Positions 42,529-49,800 of a stretch of DNA of 49,832 nucleotides are shown in pieces. Location: assembly GCA_001275005.1 (NCBI GenBank), contig JWZX01002423.1, forward strand, positions 1-49,832, written 5' to 3'. Position 1 is the first letter of the stretch. Every line of letters starts with the position of its first letter. Origin of the DNA: Chrysochromulina tobinii (Eukaryota). Under the pieces are notes generated by a model, which ran no database searches, was not told where the DNA came from, and saw only the letters and a list, made by a program, of their open reading frames with translations. Position numbers and translations under genes: made by a program.

Positions 42529-43459
42529 GGCCTTACTGGACTCTCGTTGCCGATACGCTCGATGCCGCGGGCGCCGTCCATGCTGCTGGTGAAGCATATG
42601 GATCGTGGCGGCCGCGGCGGTCGTCTTGGCCTCGTCTTGATGTCTAGAGCTCTAGACCCTGCAGATGGGTGCAGAATAGCAATATAGCGAGCAGCCGCAG
42701 TCATTAATTGTTCATGTTTATGTAAACTGTTTTTCGTGGGCGACACAGGACCAAGAAAGGGAAGGAGTCTCATTTTCTTGGGCGTTTTTGTGGTTTCGAA
42801 CAGCTATCTCCGTTGGAGAGATCCGAATCGAGATTCCCGAAAAACCCGAAGGATTCTAAGTGTCGTGTTAATCATCCTGGAAAAAATACTGAAAAAATTC
42901 ACAATTTTCCGACGCTCGAAGATGTTCAGTCATCTCGTATCGGCATGTGCCTTCGATTTGATGGTATCGATCCCGCGTGATGGTACCTGGTATCGACCAC
43001 CTTTAGGTGAGCATCTTCTCGCTCGGGTTTAGCTCGGGTCCTTGGCTCGGGTCTGTCACAGTTTCCGGTTTGTTTGTGATGTGGATCTAGTGTGGACCAT
43101 GGTGTGGAACTAAAAAGAGAGTTGCTCCCTGGTACCGGTCCCGTGTGTGTCCCGGCTCCCCCCGGTGTTTTTGAACTCAAGCTCACCGCAGGTGTGGTTG
43201 TGTTCAGTGTGCAGGGTACAACTGTATGAATGAGGGCTCCCCGCAGGCGAGCCGGCCACGCGGCCGGCCCGGCCAAACATGCATGCATGGTTGATGCATT
43301 GTGTTCCATATCCATACGCGGAAAGGGCGAGCTCCGGTACGTCGCTTGTACGTCCACGCCCCTTGTCCCCCTTCCTGGGGTTATATATGGCTGGGGGTTA
43401 TTCTGAGGCATTAGGGGGGGGTCCGGGGGGGTTTGTTATCGAGTTTGGGGGGGTTTGTT

Positions 43460-43860
43460 ATCAGGATACGTATCCTGATGTATTATGATGTATCCTGCAT
43501 GTATCCTGCAGGATACATGTATCTCTTATGTATCCTGATGTATCTCAAATGTAACTTAAATGCCCTGTTACATTCCAAGAGAATACATGTATCTTGATAT
43601 TTTGCATGTATTTTACACGTATCCCAAACGAGTCCAAGATACATTTTGGGAAACATATCAGATACATCAGGATATATGTATCTTGCACGTGGGATACATG
43701 CGGGATACATGCGAGATACATATGAGATACATGTCATTGAGGATACATGCGGGATACATGAGAGATACCTACATTGAGATACATGTATCTCAATTGTATC
43801 CAGAGAGGTACGTATCTGCAAATGTATCTTGTTGTATCCTGATGTATCTTGATGTATATG
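43460..43860. repeat. Array of GATACA/TGTATC palindromic repeats
   Basis: Many GATACA and TGTATC hexamers; perfect palindromes at 43460-43479 (20 bp), 43498-43519 (22 bp) and 43773-43794 (22 bp). Confidence 0.9.
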
Positions 43861-44273
43861 GTTCAGATTTAATCTCCGAGATTTTAATTAGTTGATGACA
43901 CTGACGAACCCTTGACGTAACCCGTCGCGCACTATGACCCTGAATCTTGAGTCTGACACTGGCAGACACACGTGATACTCCAGAGTGCGGGAAACATACT
44001 GGTCCATATGCAAGCACGCGGTTTCGTCCGAGGTGCGGCCGAGGTCGGTCGGGTTTGGGGGTCGTTTCGTCGGTCGAGGTTTCGTCGCGAAGGGGTGACG
44101 TTTTTGGATTTCACACTGAAACGTCCACTGGTCGTCCATATCGACGAACCTCGACCTCGACTCATGAGCTCGACCTCGCCGTTTCGGACCGACGCGCCGC
44201 GGTCGGGCATCGGACGTGAATTTTGTGGACGTTTCACACTACAGTATGACATCTTGCAGCATATGGCGGTTAC

Positions 44274-44290
44274 CGCGTCGTGTTGGGCGT
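44274..44290. repeat. Cassette-boundary motif copy 1 (CGCGTCGTGTTGGGCGT)
   Basis: Part of a 28-bp exact match with copy 2 (44263-44290 = 44557-44584); 1 nt from the stop codon of ORF 44292..44531. Confidence 0.9.
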
Positions 44291-44291
44291 G

Positions 44292-44531
44292 TTAGAACCC
44301 AGGTCCGTAACGGCGATCGTCATACCCCATTAAGTCCAACTCGTCTTCCACGATGTTATTCATAATGTAACGACGTCTGTTAGTCCGGTCGATCAGCGTA
44401 AAGGTTAGCAATTCCAAATAAGTGTCCCAAAGCAGCCTTATGAGATCTTGTGGAATTTGACGAATCTTGTTGGTCATGAGTACGACGAATTCCTGTGCAT
44501 CTAGTGGGTATACTCGCTGACGTGGCGGCAT
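44292..44531 (-). CDS. Array ORF A, 79 aa orphan with F-box-like segment
   Basis: ATG-to-TAA ORF filling the space between motif copies 2 and 1; IRQIPQDLIRLLWDTYL. Confidence 0.7.
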   Translation of the reverse strand: MPPRQRVYPLDAQEFVVLMTNKIRQIPQDLIRLLWDTYLELLTFTLIDRTNRRRYIMNNIVEDELDLMGYDDRRYGPGF

Positions 44532-44567
44532 CGATGTAACACATGTATGTCGGAAAATGGCGGTTAC

Positions 44568-44584
44568 CGCGTCGTGTTGGGCGT
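44568..44584. repeat. Cassette-boundary motif copy 2
   Basis: CGCGTCGTGTTGGGCGT; 36 nt before the ATG at 44531 and 7 nt after the stop at 44592. Confidence 0.9.
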
Positions 44585-44591
44585 TCTAATT

Positions 44592-45005
44592 TCATCTGGA
44601 ATGAAACGTAATCTTTCCAAAGTCACTGATGGGCATTCTTGTTGTTATGGTTGTCCCGGCGATCGTGTATTGTAATAAAAACCTCAAAGTACCACCGAGT
44701 TGGCCTATTAACCCTACTATCCTAAAGGGATAAGACCAAAACGCAACCTGGGCCCTCTCCAGTAGAGGAACGAACATGTAATTCACGTTCCGGTATAAAC
44801 GTACGCTCAAGTCAACGTCAGTTGTGTTCGCGGTAATGTCTTCCAATGAAAACCATCGTGAACGAGGAACACCTCGTGTGTAATCGGGTTGGCTCATACG
44901 TTGAGGTGCAACGTAAGGAGGTGCCTGTCGACGGTAAGCGACGTCCATCGCCATTTCTAGGCGCCTGGTAGGGTTGAGTGCTAATACACTCGCTCCAGTT
45001 CCCAT
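44592..45005 (-). CDS. Array ORF B, 137 aa orphan
   Basis: ORF filling the space between motif copies 3 and 2. Confidence 0.7.
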   Translation of the reverse strand: MGTGASVLALNPTRRLEMAMDVAYRRQAPPYVAPQRMSQPDYTRGVPRSRWFSLEDITANTTDVDLSVRLYRNVNYMFVPLLERAQVAFWSYPFRIVGLIGQLGGTLRFLLQYTIAGTTITTRMPISDFGKITFHSR

Positions 45006-45042
45006 GAAGTTTCACAGTTACTTTTAGAAATTACCGGTGTGA

Positions 45043-45059
45043 CGCGCCGTGTTGGGCGT
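45043..45059. repeat. Cassette-boundary motif copy 3
   Basis: CGCGCCGTGTTGGGCGT; 37 nt before the ATG at 45005; shares the 21-bp block AGAAATTACCGGTGTGACGCG with copy 4. Confidence 0.9.
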
Positions 45060-45073
45060 GTGAACTACTTAAC

Positions 45074-45352
45074 TCACCAGGCGGCTAAGCGCCTGGGCAT
45101 GGCCTGAGTAAAGGAATGCCATGCATTTAGAGGCCATGCAGTCCCAAAATCTGTATACGAGTTCATGTACTGTAAGATTGCCCTTGCTGCTCTTCTCCCA
45201 ATGACAACCCGTTTAATTATCGCAGCGAAGAATTGTCGCACTCTAACCCTCCTTTTTCGTCTTACTTCACACCAATCAAAAGTTACTCGCAAACCATCAT
45301 ACATTGTTCGTTGCCTTTGAGCCTCGCGCTGTTGTCGTGTTATTGGCGGCAT
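45074..45352 (-). CDS. Array ORF C, 92 aa basic orphan
   Basis: ORF between motif copies 4 and 3; begins MPP; Arg-rich amphipathic helix. Confidence 0.7.
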   Translation of the reverse strand: MPPITRQQREAQRQRTMYDGLRVTFDWCEVRRKRRVRVRQFFAAIIKRVVIGRRAARAILQYMNSYTDFGTAWPLNAWHSFTQAMPRRLAAW

Positions 45353-45388
45353 GAGTTTTCACAGTAAGCTCAGAAATTACCGGTGTGA

Positions 45389-45405
45389 CGCGTCGTGTTG
45401 AGCGC
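45389..45405. repeat. Cassette-boundary motif copy 4
   Basis: CGCGTCGTGTTGAGCGC; 36 nt before the ATG at 45352. Confidence 0.88.
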
Positions 45406-45417
45406 GTAACGGATCAT

Positions 45418-45681
45418 TTACCTGTACACACGGCGTATGCGTCTCCTCATCATGCGCTTGTATGATGGTCGCATCTCTGTCCAGTACCACCAATCACCAC
45501 TTAGTGGTGACTTTCGTCGCTTGAGGATCCACTTCGCGCGATTCCTCAACCACTTCATAATAGCCGCAACTGACTGTCTGAACCGCACCCAGGTTGCTGG
45601 ACTATTCCGGACGGGTGAACGTCGATTCTCCACCCAATGAACCGAGCCTGGTGAATCGTAACCGTCTGGGGGTGCGTTCAT
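45418..45681 (-). CDS. Array ORF D, 87 aa very basic, Trp-rich orphan
   Basis: ORF between motif copies 5 and 4; VRFRQSVAAIMKWLR resembles VRVRQFFAAIIKRV in ORF C. Confidence 0.7.
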   Translation of the reverse strand: MNAPPDGYDSPGSVHWVENRRSPVRNSPATWVRFRQSVAAIMKWLRNRAKWILKRRKSPLSGDWWYWTEMRPSYKRMMRRRIRRVYR

Positions 45682-45719
45682 ATTCAGATCAAACGTTTGG
45701 AAATTTCGTTTTAGGTCAT

Positions 45720-45736
45720 CGCGCCGTGTTGGGCGC
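45720..45736. repeat. Cassette-boundary motif copy 5
   Basis: CGCGCCGTGTTGGGCGC; 38 nt before the ATG at 45681 and 1 nt from the stop at 45738. Confidence 0.9.
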
Positions 45737-45737
45737 G

Positions 45738-46505
45738 TTACCGAATTCTTGGATTCACCTTGTTTCCTAAGTACCCACCAAGTGGGTTGCGTAACTCGAA
45801 ATCTTCTTCATGTATGCGCCTTTTATTGATTGGCTTATCGCCAAACGTGTAGGACCACCAGTTGGTTTTGGTTTGGAAATCTTCGCCAAGAGGTATGTTG
45901 TTGCTTTCCCATCTTTGTCTCGCTCGTGTTCGGTCATTCCACTGCACATTATCTTTAAGTTCTTGAGGAGTGAGAGATAATGTGAAAGTTCTCTCCATAG
46001 CCGTGGCCATTGTGTTCCAATTCCAGTATTGGGGAGGGCTCATTCGATCGTTCCATTGATCTTTCGTGGAAATTACTCCCTGGCCGTAAAAATGAGACAT
46101 AATGCGCGGTGGGCGTGGTATGTCGAGCTTCCAAGAAAGTGAATTAGGCGACCTCCGCCACCATTCCAAATTCGGTGTGAGTAAGGTGAGGACATCGTTC
46201 CCAAAATGGGTGGTTCTTGCGACCGCTTGCCAGATCGCTTCCCAGAGCCTCCTGACGAGAACCGGGACTACGTCGCCCGTATGGACGTACTGTCGCCGTG
46301 CTAATGTATGTGCAGGCAAAGGTGGGCGGTTCGCCGCCACAGCAGCACGCGCGAGTTGTTTCAACGAGGGAACTTTGGACGGTATCGCCAAGAAGGCGAG
46401 GTCTTTCAATGATGGGACTAATGCAGGGGCTCTTCCAAACAACCCACGCTTATTGTCATAGCGTTTGGCAGGCGGCATGAGCTGTCTTAAGCTGTCGTCA
46501 TCCAT
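45738..46505 (-). CDS. Array ORF E, 255 aa orphan with two tandem BC-box-like motifs
   Basis: VPSLKDLAFLAI and VPSLKQLARAAV; alternative start MPPAKR at 46478. Confidence 0.72.
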   Translation of the reverse strand: MDDDSLRQLMPPAKRYDNKRGLFGRAPALVPSLKDLAFLAIPSKVPSLKQLARAAVAANRPPLPAHTLARRQYVHTGDVVPVLVRRLWEAIWQAVARTTHFGNDVLTLLTPNLEWWRRSPNSLSWKLDIPRPPRIMSHFYGQGVISTKDQWNDRMSPPQYWNWNTMATAMERTFTLSLTPQELKDNVQWNDRTRARQRWESNNIPLGEDFQTKTNWWSYTFGDKPINKRRIHEEDFELRNPLGGYLGNKVNPRIR

Positions 46506-46549
46506 TGGAAATTTCCAAGTATTCTGGAAATAGCGAGCACTTCATCGAG

Positions 46550-46819
46550 ATGACCATTTTTGTCAAACCGCGGCCCTACCGACGCCTGACGCGCTCGTGG
46601 TGCCGCTGGTGCTGCAAGCGCGCGGCGATGCAGGACCTCTTCAAGCTGCGCGACGGGCCGCTCGACTGGTACTTCTGCGACTCCGAGCACGCGCTCGACT
46701 GGCTCGAGCACCGGCACAGCTCGGTCGAAGCGAACCGACTCCTGCGCATGCTCCCGGACGAGCGCGCGAGGGCGCTGAATGGACGGACGATCGAGGAGGT
46801 TACCGCCAGATGCGAGTAA
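46550..46819 (+). CDS. Small GC-rich protein with a TRASH/FCS-like Zn-binding pattern
   Basis: ATG at 46550; CRWC...YFCDSEH; strong GC3 codon bias unlike its neighbours; 3' end overlaps the convergent ORF by 20 nt. Confidence 0.6.
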   Translation: MTIFVKPRPYRRLTRSWCRWCCKRAAMQDLFKLRDGPLDWYFCDSEHALDWLEHRHSSVEANRLLRMLPDERARALNGRTIEEVTARCE

Positions 46820-47162
46820 TTGGGGTATCCTCTAAGCGGTCAAGCCACCGTTCATAAGCGTGGCGTCTCTGCCATGTAGATCCTTCAGAGGGGGGGTTTC
46901 GAAGGCCCCACCTTAGTGCATCCCTCTTGCCATAGGCGTCGTCGGAGCTTTTAGAGTGTTGTGGTGTTGGTGCACGCATGCTGACTCGATTCACCGCACG
47001 ACGAATCCATAGGCGTATCCTCATCGCCCATTTTATTGAGTTGTGATGTATTAAATTGAACCAGAGTGCAGGATTCCGCACACCTATTTCGCGCTTATCT
47101 AGAATGTCATTCAAGTACATCCAAGTTGGGGGGTCGTTGTCTCTGGGTATCGGACCGGGCAT
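46800..47162 (-). CDS. Array-type ORF F, ~120 aa orphan
   Basis: ATG at 47162 (MPGPIP); lower GC; basic helix WAMRIRLWIRRAVNR. Confidence 0.65.
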   Translation of the reverse strand: MPGPIPRDNDPPTWMYLNDILDKREIGVRNPALWFNLIHHNSIKWAMRIRLWIRRAVNRVSMRAPTPQHSKSSDDAYGKRDALRWGLRNPPSEGSTWQRRHAYERWLDRLEDTPITRIWR

Positions 47163-47187
47163 CAACTCTCATACCAAAATTAGAAGT

Positions 47188-47577
47188 TTACACACTCTGT
47201 GTGATCGCAAGCGTATGCACACGAGCCTGCGACGTCTTTAAGGCTAACCCTAACCGCCGATTCCGTCTCACGTGCTCGACATCAGCGGGAGTAAGAATTG
47301 GCCGGTAACCTTGAATGTGACCTTGCACGAAATCGGTTATTGTCTGCGCAGCTTGCATCCATGCTTCGTATCGTAGTGCTAACCATTTCCTTTGAATGTC
47401 AATCAAAGCCTTAAGCGGACCCCATAACGATCGCGTTCCGTAGCCCTTGAAGATTGCTTGGAGTGATAGATTGGCCAACGAAGGCACTTCGTCGGGGAAC
47501 TTCCGGATAATCATCCCTCTCTCAAATCCGTTGAATAAGTAACCTGTCTTTTTGTACCCGACCCAGTGTTGTGACAT
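47188..47577 (-). CDS. Array-type ORF G, 129 aa orphan with BC-box-like and IQ-like motifs
   Basis: VPSLANLSLQAI; AAQTITDFVQGH. Confidence 0.65.
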   Translation of the reverse strand: MSQHWVGYKKTGYLFNGFERGMIIRKFPDEVPSLANLSLQAIFKGYGTRSLWGPLKALIDIQRKWLALRYEAWMQAAQTITDFVQGHIQGYRPILTPADVEHVRRNRRLGLALKTSQARVHTLAITQSV

Positions 47578-47592
47578 GCGAAGGTCTATCTG

Positions 47593-48291
47593 TCATTCCA
47601 AATCCGGAAAATCGTCCGGAGTCGGTGGCAGTGCGCGCGTTTCGACGCGGTCCCAGAAGCCAGTGTCCATGTGCGCGTTCCGCGACTCCTCGACCATCTC
47701 GCGGATCATCTCCTTCTCGCCCTTTGCGAACTTTGGCGGTCCATCGCCATCGCACATCGCTCGGTAGAACTGAGCGTAGTGCGTGCTCTTGAGCACGTCG
47801 TGCAGATCGCAGTCGCGCGTCACGCGGATGACCTTGTACGCTCCGGGCTTCCACGAGATGAAGTCGCACCACTCGCGGTCCGCGCACTCGAGGCACAGGT
47901 TGATCTGCAGGTAGTAGTACAGCGGGATCGTCTGGTGCGGCGTCTTGCTCCAGTAGGGGCACTTAGCCTCAACCATGCCCTCGGTGCCGATCAGCCCGTC
48001 TGGCGAGCCCGCGAGCCAGGGCGTGCTCTCGTGCACGTGCAGGCCGGTCGGCTCGACGAGGTTGCCCGTGTGCGCGCTGTAGGCGACGAGCGCGTTCGGC
48101 TCGTTCGCCGTGCCCCAGCGCGTCGCGTCGTTACCCTCAAACGTGTCCGTGCCGATCGCGCGCTCGTACGCGACCTTGCGGCTCGTCCACGAGCAGAGCC
48201 CGAGCGCAGCGCCGACATTCGAGGCCGTGAGCTTCCCCTTGCGCGCCGCGTGCCACTCTGGCGAGCCCTGCTGCAGTGTGGCCGTCGTCAT
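47593..48291 (-). CDS. YqaJ-like viral recombinase / lambda-exonuclease family nuclease
   Basis: QGSPEWHAARKGKLTAS, WGTANEPNA, LAGSPDGLI, VEAKCPY (PD-(D/E)xK), YYLQINLCLEC, CDFISW. Confidence 0.92.
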   Translation of the reverse strand: MTTATLQQGSPEWHAARKGKLTASNVGAALGLCSWTSRKVAYERAIGTDTFEGNDATRWGTANEPNALVAYSAHTGNLVEPTGLHVHESTPWLAGSPDGLIGTEGMVEAKCPYWSKTPHQTIPLYYYLQINLCLECADREWCDFISWKPGAYKVIRVTRDCDLHDVLKSTHYAQFYRAMCDGDGPPKFAKGEKEMIREMVEESRNAHMDTGFWDRVETRALPPTPDDFPDLE

Positions 48292-48338
48292 TTTACGGCA
48301 GTATCAGAAGATCTAACTGGTGCTTGCTATTGCCAGAC

Positions 48339-48725
48339 ATGCCACCTGCACGAAACACACGCAGTGCCTACCGCACTGGTGGTTCTGTGCTTATCACCGC
48401 TGCGAGACCGGGAGAAAAGGTGACCCCTCCTCGCAACACTAGGAATGGCCGATTCAAGAGAATAGAAGGGGGCAATACAGCGGCCTCAAAGATCGCTGCA
48501 GCTGCGCGAGGAATGGCTGCACGTAAGCAGGCCGCGAGTACTACTGCGGCTGCTTCGAGGATCGCTGCAGCTGCGCGAGGAAGAAAAGTACGTAAGGCCA
48601 ATGCTGTAGCGATGATGTATGCCGGGCCGTCGAAGTGTGGTAAGGGACGAAAGGGGTTGAAGGCCGGCGAGCGAACGAACCGCGGTGGTACGAAGCAGGG
48701 ACGACCTGGTGTGAGGTGTCCGTAA
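48339..48725 (+). CDS. Highly basic Ala/Arg/Lys-rich 128-aa protein, candidate virion core/DNA-condensing protein
   Basis: ATG at 48339, divergent from YqaJ; almost no acidic residues; duplicated IAAAARG block (23-bp repeat at 48491-48513 and 48560-48582). Confidence 0.7.
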   Translation: MPPARNTRSAYRTGGSVLITAARPGEKVTPPRNTRNGRFKRIEGGNTAASKIAAAARGMAARKQAASTTAAASRIAAAARGRKVRKANAVAMMYAGPSKCGKGRKGLKAGERTNRGGTKQGRPGVRCP

Positions 48726-48757
48726 GGATGCGTTACTTTCTGAAAAGGAAATGTAAA

Positions 48758-48985
48758 ATGCCATTGGCAAGCACTGTGAAAAAGGACAAGTATCGTGCAG
48801 ACATTGTGGGCGCACTGCGATACGAAAAACAAGACAAGAAATGTTTGAAGGATTACCGAGTGAAGAAGCCGGGAAGCAAGACATGTGTTCACAAGACGCA
48901 GAAGAAGCTCATCCATAAGATGATGTACGACGAAGGCAAGCACCACCGTAATCCAGTGACTGGTAGGTTTGTGAAGAAGTCTTAG
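48758..48985 (+). CDS. Small Lys-rich protein (75 aa) ending in RNPVTGRFVKK
   Basis: ATG at 48758 preceded by TTTCTGA; shares an RNxxxGRF motif with the upstream basic protein. Confidence 0.65.
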   Translation: MPLASTVKKDKYRADIVGALRYEKQDKKCLKDYRVKKPGSKTCVHKTQKKLIHKMMYDEGKHHRNPVTGRFVKKS

Positions 48986-49015
48986 AGCTACTTTTCTGAT
49001 GCATGACGTGTGAGC

Positions 49016-49769
49016 ATGCTGTCGCTCCTGACGCCGCGCCAGAGTGACCAGGTCGGTGGGCCGATCGGGTCGCTGCGCGAGGCGAAGAAGGTCGAGTCGT
49101 ACCCGAACTATGACGCCGCGTACCTCGCAAAGCGACTAGGCGCACGAAATCCAACAGTGCTCGAACGCAATCGGTACAACGCGCCGGCGGCTGGCTTCGT
49201 CAATGTAACCGACGAGATGGTCTACTTACAGAACGCTACGAAGGGGTACGAAGCCGAAGCAGAAGAGTGTCTGAAAAAGGAGTTCAAGGATTGGTTGGCG
49301 GGTGTGCATGATGACAACGTGAATCCACAAGTCTACGACAACAATCGAGGAGGCGCGGTTCGTCGGGACATGACAGGGAATCGCGTGAACAACTGGAAAC
49401 CAACGTGGTGGGGCCCGCATCAGCTGACGTACTTGCCTGGCGTGCGCGAATACTTGCGCGAGCAGGCCGAGCGCGTTGACAAGAACTCGCTCGACCTCAA
49501 CGTCCTGGCGCATCTCGGTCCGCAGAATCTCGAGGAGGCTTGGGCGTACTTCAAGCACTGGGTGAAGGCTCGGCCCATCGGGCCTGAGGAGTGCTTAAAC
49601 CCCTCACCAGTATTGCCAGCTAACACTGACATACCTTTCCGTGCCGGGCCAATCCACATGCAACACGACACCCAGTATCACCCAGACCGACCATACCTTG
49701 CAGGTGGCTATGGATATGGAGTTGGTGGCGGTGGTGGCGGTGGTGGTGGTGGTGGTGGTTGGTTTGGTG

Positions 49770-49800
<31 letters not shown>

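Noticed and set aside
43483..43895. ORFs in the GATACA repeat region
   Set aside because: The translations simply reflect the palindromic repeat and have no coding signature.
43932..44252. ORF after motif copy 1 as a sixth cassette
   Set aside because: Its ATG is only ~21 nt from the motif rather than 36-38, it lacks the TTCYRA element, and it runs through inverted-repeat DNA.
44263..45737. CRISPR array
   Set aside because: The intervals between repeats are 280-460 bp, unequal and occupied by full ORFs; no cas genes; eukaryotic context.
44263..46505. Canonical bacterial integron or contamination
   Set aside because: No intI, no full-length attC with paired R boxes, and no Shine-Dalgarno pattern; the region is contiguous with intron-containing eukaryotic genes.
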